Made by a program: the position numbers and the translations under genes. Under the pieces are notes generated by a model that did no database searches, was not told the origin of the DNA, and worked only from the letters and a program-made list of their open reading frames with translations. A stretch of 64,000 nt of DNA, from NCBI GenBank assembly GCA_019057475.1, contig DXJO01000020.1:64001-128000 (forward strand). Direction: 5' to 3'. The DNA is from Candidatus Thorarchaeota archaeon (lineage in GTDB: Archaea; Asgardarchaeota; Thorarchaeia; Thorarchaeales; Thorarchaeaceae). Each line of letters begins with the position of its first letter. Within the stretch, counting starts at the first letter, position 1. Below are positions 27,358 through 36,403 of this stretch, piece after piece.

Positions 27358-28914
27358 ATGAAACTGCAGGCAAAAGCATTGGCTGCATTGGTACTAATCA
27401 TTGTAGCCAGTGGTGCTGCGATTTTTCTTTTCGCGTTTCGAAGTGCAAGGAACAATCCAGTAGTTCTTGTAGAGGGCGGATACATCACTTCACAGGATTC
27501 CGAGTTGGTTTCTATTAGGGCAATGGGACTAGATGTGAACATAACTCTGGTGTGGGAGAATGACCTTGGTGTGGGCAGCTTTGTTATCAATATCACCAAC
27601 ATAGATGTAGCCAGGGCGGAGATCATCTCCGAGGCAGATGTTGCAACAATAGCTAACGGGACTTCCTTTGAAGTACTTGATGTGAGTACTAACGAGGATG
27701 TCGCTCTAGTTCAGATACGAGCGCCCTATGCAGAGAACACTATCAGTTTCTATGTCTTGGGCGATTCACAGGGCTATCAGGGTGGCATTGAGCAAGTTGT
27801 GGCTGCTGCAAATGAAAATCGACCAAATTTCGTATTCCATTGCGGTGACCTCACCCCTTTCGGCCAGGAGGCCCAGTATCTAGATGTCGTGGATGCGCTG
27901 GATGGCTGCAATGTTCCAGTGTTCACAACAGCTGGAAATCACGATATTCGTCTGGATGGTGGTGAACGATATCTCCAGCACTTTGGCCCATCGACATATA
28001 GTTTTGACTTCGGTCCAGCCCACTTCGTAGTCTTCAACACCTCAACTGGCGATGTTTCCGAAGACGAAATCCAATGGTTGACTACGGATCTCACCGATTC
28101 CAGAGCAGAACGGAAATACGTGTTTACACATATTCCTCCATTCGACCCCCGGCCTGAAGGCACTCACTCGATGATTAATCTTACAACTGCTGAACGAATC
28201 ATGAACATCTTTGAAGATAATGGAGTTGATGCAGTTTTCACTGGACACATACACCTGTTCAACAACAGCATCGTTGATGGTGTTCGCTATGTCATTACAG
28301 GCGGAGCCGGAGCCAGTCTCTATGCTGCCCCTGAAGATGGTGGCATCTACCATTATGTGGAAGTCACAATCATCGGGTCATTGCAGACAATCGAAGCTGT
28401 GCCTCTTGATTCACCATCACTAGAGCGAAACATGATTCTCGTGAGAGGCATTGACGAGGATGTTACACTAAGCCTAGATGACTTATTGGCTATGCCCATT
28501 GCCGAAGGCTATTCATCGTTCCAAAATCAATACGATAACTGGCGAGGCCAAGGCACCTACCGCGGAGTCCAACTTTCGGACCTACTTGACCTAGTGGGTG
28601 GAATGACCGTTTCGGACCGTCTAAGAGTGTCTTCTAACGATGGCTACGAGCAATATTTCAGCTACTGGAATGTTTACCCTAATGCCTCGTGGCAATCGAC
28701 TCAAGGTGACATGATCTTGGCCTTTGAGTTCAATGGGTCGCTGGTTCCGGAATGGTCTAACGGCATGAGATTGGCGATGATGCCATCCGACGAAGGCTAC
28801 AGTAACAACGATTGCCAAGCGACATCAGCACCCGGCATGGGGTGGTACGTCTATCCCTCTGCAGGTTCCCGTTGGGTGAGATACGTTGAAACAATCGAGG
28901 TGGTTTCGGGTTGA
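27358..28914 (+). CDS. Secreted/anchored calcineurin-like metallophosphoesterase fused to a C-terminal sulfite-oxidase/Moco-binding-like domain
   Basis: N-terminal TM; GDSQ, HCGD, GNHD, HIPP, GHIH; C-terminal YRGV.L.DLL...S.DGY...WVRYV. Confidence 0.85.
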   Translation: MKLQAKALAALVLIIVASGAAIFLFAFRSARNNPVVLVEGGYITSQDSELVSIRAMGLDVNITLVWENDLGVGSFVINITNIDVARAEIISEADVATIANGTSFEVLDVSTNEDVALVQIRAPYAENTISFYVLGDSQGYQGGIEQVVAAANENRPNFVFHCGDLTPFGQEAQYLDVVDALDGCNVPVFTTAGNHDIRLDGGERYLQHFGPSTYSFDFGPAHFVVFNTSTGDVSEDEIQWLTTDLTDSRAERKYVFTHIPPFDPRPEGTHSMINLTTAERIMNIFEDNGVDAVFTGHIHLFNNSIVDGVRYVITGGAGASLYAAPEDGGIYHYVEVTIIGSLQTIEAVPLDSPSLERNMILVRGIDEDVTLSLDDLLAMPIAEGYSSFQNQYDNWRGQGTYRGVQLSDLLDLVGGMTVSDRLRVSSNDGYEQYFSYWNVYPNASWQSTQGDMILAFEFNGSLVPEWSNGMRLAMMPSDEGYSNNDCQATSAPGMGWYVYPSAGSRWVRYVETIEVVSG

Positions 28915-29975
28915 GTAACGGGCAGAACTCCTCCATTACAACCCGGAATATCGTCACAGTAGCCATTTTGGCCTCTTTGGGAGGCTCACTTAGTACGTTT
29001 GTTGGTTACTTGGGAAATCTAATCAATCTAAGCCTTGGAGTACCCTTTGGGGCAGGTCAGTTTATGGCGGGTCTTCACGTCTTCTGGTTGATTCTCATTC
29101 GAGTAATTGTTGCCAAGCGTGGAACGGGCACGATGGGGGGGCTTCTGAAAGGACTAGTTGAGCTGTTCACTGGTAGCACACATGGATTAGTGATAGTTGC
29201 AGTTTCAATGGTTCAAGGTCTTCTCATCGACTTGGGGGCGGAGATTGCTGGAACCCCACACAATAACAGCAATATTTCCAGGCTAACGTGGTGGCTGAGC
29301 GCAGGAGTTGCAGCTGCGTCGAATGTGTTTGTGCTCCAAGCATTCTACTTCTCAGGCGCACATTGGATCCTTCTTACTGTAATCGCGCTCTTGGCTTTCT
29401 GCTCAGGTGTAATCTTTGCTGGGTACTTCGCTTGGGAAACATTGGAATTCCTCAAGGACTCGAGAGTTCTGTCGAACAGCTTCTCAAGTACAAGTCCCTT
29501 TCCAGTGTCTAGAAAGAGAGTCACATATCGTAATTTACCTGCAATTGCCCTCATTATCTTCATCACAGTTGGTTCTCTATACTACACCGTTGCTGTTGCA
29601 CAGGTTTTCTCCGATCCTTACAGCTGTAAAGTCACAGGTCTAGTGGAGAATCCTTACACTTACAGTCCACAAGCATTCGTTGGACAGGAGGTAACAGTGC
29701 AAGCAGAGCTTCAAGGCGTGAACATTCACCTTGATCCAGCCAACTACACCGGTATTCTGCTAAGTACAATACTTGAAGCCGCCATACCGATGGCAGAAAC
29801 TACTGGCGTGCGGATTGTGGCACGCGATGGATACACAATCCTTCTCGATCTTGATGAAGTCATGACTGATACTCATCTGTTGCTCACCGAGGTTGAAGAC
29901 GGACTTTGGCTGATTGCAAGCAACTACGATGGAGCTCTCTGGATTCGGATGGTAATTACTCTTGAGGTATACTAG
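28911..29975 (+). CDS. ECF transporter S component fused to an extracytoplasmic Moco-binding-like domain
   Basis: Six to seven TM S-component-like segments followed by YTGILL..IL...ARDGY...WIRMV. Confidence 0.75.
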   Translation: MSNGQNSSITTRNIVTVAILASLGGSLSTFVGYLGNLINLSLGVPFGAGQFMAGLHVFWLILIRVIVAKRGTGTMGGLLKGLVELFTGSTHGLVIVAVSMVQGLLIDLGAEIAGTPHNNSNISRLTWWLSAGVAAASNVFVLQAFYFSGAHWILLTVIALLAFCSGVIFAGYFAWETLEFLKDSRVLSNSFSSTSPFPVSRKRVTYRNLPAIALIIFITVGSLYYTVAVAQVFSDPYSCKVTGLVENPYTYSPQAFVGQEVTVQAELQGVNIHLDPANYTGILLSTILEAAIPMAETTGVRIVARDGYTILLDLDEVMTDTHLLLTEVEDGLWLIASNYDGALWIRMVITLEVY

Positions 29976-29987
29976 GCGATTGAAGAA

Positions 29988-31442
29988 ATGCTGGAAGTAC
30001 ATGATGTAAGCTTCTCATATGATAACGAGAAGTTGATACTAGACTCGGTGAACCTTCAGATACGTCGTGGAGAAATTACAGTGATTACCGGCCCCACGGG
30101 CTCGGGCAAGTCCACACTGGCTCTGGCTCTTGCAGGATTTATACCGAGAGTCATCGAAGGGGCCTTCACAGGTTCACTTCTTATCGACGGCGAAAATGTA
30201 GAGAAATATCTGATTTCTGAGATTGCACGCAAGGTAGCTCTAGTACAGCAGGACCCAGAGAGTCAAATCAGCACACTCCTTGTTTCCGACGAGGTAGCTT
30301 TTGGGCCTGAAAACTACTCTGTAGCGCCCTCAGAGATACAGAAACGAGTTGAGGTGTTTCTCAATGCAGTTAAATCGTCACACCTTGCGAATCGTCCTAC
30401 GTATGCCCTATCTGGGGGGGAAAAACAACGTGTCACTATCGCTTCAATGTTGGCAGGTAAACCTGACTTCCTACTACTGGATGAACCATCAGCAAGTCTA
30501 GATCCAAAAGGGATACAACAGCTCCAGAAGGTCCTACTTGGTTTCAAGAACAGTGGATACGGGATTCTCTGCATCGAGCACCGTCTGGCAACAATCCTAC
30601 CCGTAGCGGACCGAGTACTACGGCTCTCTAAGGGTAAAATCAGCAGGTGGAGCGGCAAAACCAGTTCTGCAAAAACTACTCCAGTTGAGCATTTCCGACG
30701 GCCAGACTCTGCAGAACCATTACTAATAGCCAAGGGCGTAAGTTACTCCTACGGGACTATCAGTGCAGTTCGAGATGTAACATTGAGCGTTTATCCTGGA
30801 GAAATAGTAGCCCTTATGGGCGACAACGGTTCGGGAAAATCCACTTTAGTTAACCTACTGGCTGGGCTGTTGCATTCAACTGACGGAATTACCTACATAG
30901 ATGGTGTTCCGTCTATCGAAATGGCTGCACAGGATGTCGCAGCAAGAGTTGCAGTTGTGTTTCAGAATCCAAATCATCAAATCTTCGAGCGCACAGTTCA
31001 GAGGGAACAATACTTGATTTTCGATGTACTAGACTCACTGGATGAAGCCCCTTCAGAGAGGCCCGAGGAGGTTCTATTGGCTGCAGGCCTTGCAAATCTA
31101 AAGGAACGAAACCCGTTCTCTTTGAGTCATGGCCAGAAGAGAAGGCTCAATGTCAGCTCTGTGACGGTTCACGAGCCGCTTGTGTATCTCTTTGATGAAC
31201 CATTCATAGGCCAAGATGAGATAGGTCGAAACTTCATCACACAAACTATTCGGAAACGGGGTGAGAGCGGTGGCGCAGCCATATTGGTGACGCACGATTC
31301 CTCAGTAGCAACTAGTCTTTGTAACCGCATAATCTTCATGGAACGAGGATCAGTTCTGTTAGATGGCCCGCCAAAGATAGTGCTAGACCGACTAGGGGAG
31401 ATAGGATATGGCGAATATGCAGATTTGGGGGTGATGTCCTAA
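29988..31442 (+). CDS. ECF transporter duplicated ATPase (EcfAA')
   Basis: Two NBDs: GPTGSGKS/LSGGE/LDEP and GDNGSGKS/LSHGQ/FDEP. Confidence 0.93.
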   Translation: MLEVHDVSFSYDNEKLILDSVNLQIRRGEITVITGPTGSGKSTLALALAGFIPRVIEGAFTGSLLIDGENVEKYLISEIARKVALVQQDPESQISTLLVSDEVAFGPENYSVAPSEIQKRVEVFLNAVKSSHLANRPTYALSGGEKQRVTIASMLAGKPDFLLLDEPSASLDPKGIQQLQKVLLGFKNSGYGILCIEHRLATILPVADRVLRLSKGKISRWSGKTSSAKTTPVEHFRRPDSAEPLLIAKGVSYSYGTISAVRDVTLSVYPGEIVALMGDNGSGKSTLVNLLAGLLHSTDGITYIDGVPSIEMAAQDVAARVAVVFQNPNHQIFERTVQREQYLIFDVLDSLDEAPSERPEEVLLAAGLANLKERNPFSLSHGQKRRLNVSSVTVHEPLVYLFDEPFIGQDEIGRNFITQTIRKRGESGGAAILVTHDSSVATSLCNRIIFMERGSVLLDGPPKIVLDRLGEIGYGEYADLGVMS

Positions 31443-32261
31443 TTGACGATTGAGCACCAGTCCACCGAAAGCGGTAGTATGCTGCACAGACTCAATCCAT
31501 CATTGAAGTTGGCTGGCCTTATCATCATCACAACAGGAATACTGATCTATCCAAGCTGGCGGTTCAGCGGCCTTCTGCTCCTCCTGACTATCCTTGGATT
31601 CAAAGTTTCCAATGTACCTCTGCACGTGAGCAAGAAGCGAATCCATTTTCTTATGGCTTTCTCAGCATTGCTTTTTATTTTTCAAGTGCTGATGACTGCA
31701 AATGGCACTATTCTGCTATTCATAATTCCAAAACATGATCTCATGGGACCGTTCCTACCAGTGACAGACTTCGGGATAGAGAAAGGGTTTCAGATGTCCT
31801 TGAGATTCTTGCTTGTTGTGTTTTCTAGTATGCTGTTCGTATCGGTGACTGATCCGACTCTTCTTGCTCATTCACTCACTAGGCTTAAGATTCCCTACAG
31901 ATACAGCTTTGCGCTCGTAATCGCGCTGAGGTTTCTCCCACTCTTTGACATGGAGAATAAGACGGTCAGAATAGCACAGAGGTCTAGAGGAATCTCAATC
32001 AGTGTACAGGGAATGTCAAGAATACTGAGAACCATCCGGTACACTTTCTTTCCCCTCCTTGTTTCTGCATTGTCAAGAGTGGACGCTCTTTCCTTGTCTA
32101 TGGATGGGCGAGGTTTCGGGCATAGCAGAACCCGGACCTATCTTCGCAAGTCCTGTTGGACTGCCCTTGATTCTGCAGTGCTTGTTCTATTGTCCACGCT
32201 CCTGCTGGCATCCATTCTTCTAACACTGGGATTCCTCCCCCAGATATCTGCGATAATCTAG
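31443..32261 (+). CDS. ECF transporter T component
   Basis: LNPSLK, ALRFLP, AQRSRG and MDGRGF. Confidence 0.92.
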   Translation: MTIEHQSTESGSMLHRLNPSLKLAGLIIITTGILIYPSWRFSGLLLLLTILGFKVSNVPLHVSKKRIHFLMAFSALLFIFQVLMTANGTILLFIIPKHDLMGPFLPVTDFGIEKGFQMSLRFLLVVFSSMLFVSVTDPTLLAHSLTRLKIPYRYSFALVIALRFLPLFDMENKTVRIAQRSRGISISVQGMSRILRTIRYTFFPLLVSALSRVDALSLSMDGRGFGHSRTRTYLRKSCWTALDSAVLVLLSTLLLASILLTLGFLPQISAII

Positions 32262-32273
32262 ATCAATCCCAAA

Positions 32274-32864
32274 CTAGGGCTGCAATAACGATTTTTCATG
32301 TTCCGATTCCGGAACCAGCTCTTGGTTTGCGAGTGCTTCCAGCTTAGAATCTTCCTGACCTGTGCCTGCATCATCGACAACCTCAACTCCCAATCGTTTG
32401 CAGACGTTCTTCAGAGTACCAATAGCTACTGAAGTCCAGCCAGTCACATCCAGTTCACCTGGTTTTGCGAGTTGTCGCGTCATGATGCTGAATGGATGGA
32501 TATGCTCAGCAGTCAGTAGCCGTCCTACCACATCTATGATAATTATCCGATCCTCCGAATAGCACTGGGCGTATAGCATTACTAGTCGATCAACGGCTTC
32601 GCTGGTACGTAGCGCAGCAAGAGCTCGTATTGATGCAAGCCATTCATCAAAATCATCTGAAACTGCAAGCTTCTCACAAAACTCGAGCATCTCCGGCTCA
32701 TTTCTGCGGCCAAGCTCAATCATGGCAGGCTCTCTGAAGAGCAGGTGGATGCTTTTGTCACGGACTAATTCCCATAGCTGCGCACTGCTTGTTTGGGCAT
32801 GTAAAGAGGTACGGTCAACATCCGATTGAGGACGCGAGTGCAGGCGCAGCCGTGGATGGTTCAT
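32274..32864 (-). CDS. Hypothetical helical (HEAT-like) protein
   Basis: ASIRALAALRTSEAVDRL HEAT-like segment. Confidence 0.65.
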   Translation of the reverse strand: MNHPRLRLHSRPQSDVDRTSLHAQTSSAQLWELVRDKSIHLLFREPAMIELGRRNEPEMLEFCEKLAVSDDFDEWLASIRALAALRTSEAVDRLVMLYAQCYSEDRIIIIDVVGRLLTAEHIHPFSIMTRQLAKPGELDVTGWTSVAIGTLKNVCKRLGVEVVDDAGTGQEDSKLEALANQELVPESEHEKSLLQP

Positions 32865-32942
32865 GTATCAGCGTTCCGGGATTTCCTATTAAGGTCGTAA
32901 AAGAGTGCAATTGCCCAATCATCGCACATCCATGATATCTAA

Positions 32943-35111
32943 TCAAAGAGATAGAATCTGACGCTCAATTGCTTCTCTAATCGAGTCAAGGGCTTCCTTC
33001 ATGCTCACACTTCTTCCTTCAGCATCGACGTTTGGATAATGCTTCGAATACTCTTCTAGGCATTTGCCGCAGGCCATCACAAAGATGTCGAGAGAATTGA
33101 ACATTTCTCCCTGTTCCTTGGCATTCTCAATCAGTTTCCATGACGCCTTCAAGATCTCTGCCTTGATTGATTTCCATGAACGCTCTGGGGGGTTTCGTCC
33201 TCTCTTTCGACAAACAAGGACCATATCCATCGTGATGTTCTTCATCTGATGGAGGTGCGTTGAAGCTCTCATCTCGCTTCTGACAGGATACGACGCGGAA
33301 ATGTAGAAACCAGAATTCAAGACGGCTTTTAAAACAAGAGCCCAAGCATCGCTTCTCTTGTGATGAAAAGTAAATACAAAAATGCCCTCGTCCTTTAGAA
33401 CCCGACAAGCTTCAGAAAACACCCGCGTAAGTCCTTCTACGAACTCCTCCTTTCCTTTCTTTTGAGCGCGATTCTCAATCACTTCTGCTTGCCACGGAAC
33501 GGTTTCCCCCTTGAAGTAATCATAGCTTGTTTTTAGAGCAATCCTGAGCCAGACGTAGAAGAAGTTCGAGAGCTCAGAGTACATCACGTTGCCTGCATAA
33601 GGTGGGTCGGTTATCACCGCATCCACGCTCTTACGGGGGATGTCTATAAATTCCGATGACCCACACTGAAGAAGCACACTGCCCGGCTCGTGGATGACAT
33701 CAAATGCCGTAGCGAGTTTTCCGATGATTGGTGTTTCAAACTGCACCTTTCTACTACCATCTTTCTCGATAACCCTTTCAAACGGCTGTCTACAGTATGC
33801 CTTTCCTTCCATTACAAGATTGACAAATGCAGTAAACGCACCCCTCCCCTTTGACGTATCGTAGCAATTTGCTTCGACCGGAGCCATTGAAGGCGAGTAT
33901 GAATGAGTCCTGAAGATGTCTGTTATGAATCCTCTAGTACTGTTGTATTTCGCGAACATGTTGTTATACTTCAGGCAATTCGAGAATGCAAGAAGGAGAA
34001 ACTCCTTGAGGTTCCAGTCCTCGACCCTCAAAATCCAATTAAGGATCTTTCCTAGATTCAGCAGCTGTCTCTCATTGAACAAATCCTTGAATCGGACGTA
34101 TCCATGGTTCAATGCTCTCTTTGTTTCAACTCCAAGAGGAATCGGAGTATCTGGGATTGGCAGCTGGTCCTTCAGCTTATCGAATTCCTGTTTAGCTGAT
34201 GCAAGAAGCTGAAGGTCCGCTGAGTCAGCAGTCTTGTATCCTCGGCCATTCATTAGCCTTGGATTATTAGTCAACTCGCATTGTGGACAATGGAATTCAA
34301 CAGCATACATCCGTTCATGGAGCGGACCATTCCTCCCAGTTGCTGTCACTATCTTGCCGCCCCTACAGCCATTATTGGGGCATTCGTATTTCCGTCTTCT
34401 TGCAGACGAGGTTGCTTTCGGAATGAATTCTGCTCCACATTTCGTGCATTTTGTCTTGATTTCCGCGTTTTTCGTCACAAAAACATCCCAACATTGTGGG
34501 CACACAATCACATCTCCTGTTTCAACTGGAGACCGGGCCAAGAAGTAATTCCGCATCAAAGGGATAGTGTGACCGCACTCAGTACACTCCAGCTCTTTGC
34601 AGTAGAAGTAGTATATCGCCTGTGCGGCGCTTCCGCAATCTGGGCACGTGGTCTTGTAGTACCTGCGCAGTTCGGTGCCAAGATCTCTCTCTAGCAAAGT
34701 AAGAGCGCGCTCGAGTTCCTCAGGATTGATGTCCTCAATCTGTTTCTTTACCACAAACCATGCGACTGGATTGAGGTCTCCAGCAACAACGCTGCAGCCA
34801 AATCGTAGAGCCTCCACGACGGTGGTTCCACCACCCATCATAGGATCAAGAATCACCTTGCTCGGGAGCTTGACATCCTGAGAGTAGAATTCCCAGAGCG
34901 AGTGAGGATCTAGATTCCAACCTTCTATCTGTTCATCTGCGAGGGTGTAGAGTATAATTGCACGAAAGACTGACCCAAGTCGCCTTGCCCACCACTTATG
35001 CATTGTATAAACGGGTCTGTAATGTCGTCTACCAAAGCCAGTGGACTCCTTCTCAGCAATCCTGTTTATCTCGGTTACTGGAAACGTGACCTCAATGGGT
35101 TTCTTCGGCAG
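32943..35111 (-). CDS. DUF1156-family adenine DNA methyltransferase with Zn ribbons (probable CTG start)
   Basis: HKWWARR, DPMMGGGT, several CxxC and TDPPY. The frame extends upstream (PIEVTFP..IN.IAEKE) to CTG 35111 behind AGGAGG. Confidence 0.88.
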   Translation of the reverse strand: MPKKPIEVTFPVTEINRIAEKESTGFGRRHYRPVYTMHKWWARRLGSVFRAIILYTLADEQIEGWNLDPHSLWEFYSQDVKLPSKVILDPMMGGGTTVVEALRFGCSVVAGDLNPVAWFVVKKQIEDINPEELERALTLLERDLGTELRRYYKTTCPDCGSAAQAIYYFYCKELECTECGHTIPLMRNYFLARSPVETGDVIVCPQCWDVFVTKNAEIKTKCTKCGAEFIPKATSSARRRKYECPNNGCRGGKIVTATGRNGPLHERMYAVEFHCPQCELTNNPRLMNGRGYKTADSADLQLLASAKQEFDKLKDQLPIPDTPIPLGVETKRALNHGYVRFKDLFNERQLLNLGKILNWILRVEDWNLKEFLLLAFSNCLKYNNMFAKYNSTRGFITDIFRTHSYSPSMAPVEANCYDTSKGRGAFTAFVNLVMEGKAYCRQPFERVIEKDGSRKVQFETPIIGKLATAFDVIHEPGSVLLQCGSSEFIDIPRKSVDAVITDPPYAGNVMYSELSNFFYVWLRIALKTSYDYFKGETVPWQAEVIENRAQKKGKEEFVEGLTRVFSEACRVLKDEGIFVFTFHHKRSDAWALVLKAVLNSGFYISASYPVRSEMRASTHLHQMKNITMDMVLVCRKRGRNPPERSWKSIKAEILKASWKLIENAKEQGEMFNSLDIFVMACGKCLEEYSKHYPNVDAEGRSVSMKEALDSIREAIERQILSL

Positions 35112-35205
35112 GCTAGAGCCTCCTGTACATTAGGGGTGTGTGAGTAAGAAGCAGTCAGCCCTTTCAATATTCCGAGGTTGATTTGATTATCAGCAAACCC
35201 TTGTT

Positions 35206-35407
35206 AGGCCTGCTGAGTAATCCTTAGGCACTTGATGGCAGACAATACCTTAGCTGAGCTTCAGGTTACACTGGAGTATGATGGAAACGTCCGGCTGAGG
35301 GAGGGTGGAACACAGAAGCTTCTTGCAGTTGGGCTCACTCATCTCAGGAAACAGGTCAGGCCGGTTCGAATCCCCCTTGCTGAAGGGGCGGACCGAAACA
35401 AGCTTGA
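35206..35407 (+). ncRNA. Orphan copy of the tnpB-associated structured RNA
   Basis: 35237-35341 aligns without gaps to 11407-11511 (66/105 identical by hand), with compensatory stem changes. Confidence 0.8.
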
Positions 35408-35418
35408 AGAAGGGAGAA

Positions 35419-35493
35419 TGGTCCGGATGGCCGGATTTTTCGGCGCACTATTCGCCTATAGCAGCGCAGAACTGGCAACCCATGGATCTACAG
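35419..35493 (-). pseudogene. tRNA-Tyr 3' half fragment (att-like) with a 30-nt T-loop BHB intron (35439-35468)
   Basis: CTGTAGA TCCAT GGGTT GCCAG TTC[30 nt]AAAT CCGGC CATCCGG ACCA; matches the spliced tRNA-Tyr from position 32 onward. Confidence 0.85.
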
Positions 35494-35580
35494 CCTTTTA
35501 GAGGTCTAGAACATTGAGATGGCACATCAAATCTACTGACTGTTGGATATTAAAGAAAGATATCATACTATAAGTGGGAG

Positions 35581-36162
35581 TTGATAGTGAAACGCCTGTC
35601 ACGGTTTCAGTGGCTTCTTGTTGTAGGTTTGATATTGTTTCTCAGCGGGAATTTTCTACCAATACGATTTCCACTATGGAGCAGTCAGTATTCATTTGAA
35701 ATCGGTCCTTGGGATTCCAGTTCGGAGAGTGTCGATATTCCATTCAGTATATTCTATGGTGAATCTGTGAGAGTGATAGTTGAATTTGACAGCTCTGCGA
35801 CTCCTGATGATTGTTGGGTACGGGCGTTGGTGTACTATCAATATCCCACAAAAGTAATCTCTGATACGGCAATCCGTCTTGAAGGACAATGTGAAGTAAG
35901 CTTCACATTTGGCTGGGAAAATGTGCGCCTCATACCTGTCTTTGTCACTGGATTCACGGTTAGTCTATTCTATACTGGTACAGACAGTGTTTCGGTAGAT
36001 GTTGTTGTCACGAGTTTGGCAAACTTGGTCACTCTCACTGGCTTTGGATTCTTGGTCATTCTAGTCCTACCCATCTTGAAACCAGCAGTAATCAGTAGAT
36101 TTGGTAAACAGAGAAAGCAGCAAGATAGAGGAGTGGATAATGGTCGGGACGGCCGGATTTGA
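35581..36162 (+). CDS. Hypothetical protein with N- and C-terminal TM helices
   Basis: 193-aa ORF with two hydrophobic ends; the stop lies within the antisense of the tRNA-Tyr 3' end. Confidence 0.65.
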   Translation: MIVKRLSRFQWLLVVGLILFLSGNFLPIRFPLWSSQYSFEIGPWDSSSESVDIPFSIFYGESVRVIVEFDSSATPDDCWVRALVYYQYPTKVISDTAIRLEGQCEVSFTFGWENVRLIPVFVTGFTVSLFYTGTDSVSVDVVVTSLANLVTLTGFGFLVILVLPILKPAVISRFGKQRKQQDRGVDNGRDGRI

Positions 36163-36248
36163 ACCGGCAACCCATGGATCTCTCCAGACAACAACCGAAG
36201 CTGTTGCCCGCTACAGTCCATTGCTCTGCCAGGTTGAGCTACATCCCG
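36141..36248 (-). tRNA. tRNA-Tyr(GTA) with 31-nt intron (36180-36210)
   Basis: C1-G72 acceptor CGGGATG/CGTCCCG, ATGGA-CTGTAG^A-TCCAT, ACCA. Confidence 0.95.
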
Positions 36249-36403
36249 ATGTTCGGAGCGAGTCCTGCATGGTTCTGAATAAAAGCATTGCTGCATAAGC
36301 TAATCGCTCTTGCTCATTTTCTTTCACAAACGTTGTCTTCAGCATTCAACTCTTGATTTCAATATTCTCCGTGTCTGCAATCTTGAAAGATTTTTGTATA
36401 CTA

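Noticed and set aside
35206-35407. RNase P RNA, SRP RNA or group II intron domain V
   Set aside because: No GAGGAAAGUCC-type P4 strands or domain V motif; the SRP RNA is at 55884-56195.
35232-35517. ORFs 35232-35501 and 35305-35517 (and 11402-11584) as proteins
   Set aside because: Similarity between the two loci is explained by stem covariation, and these ORFs run across the RNA and the tRNA fragment.
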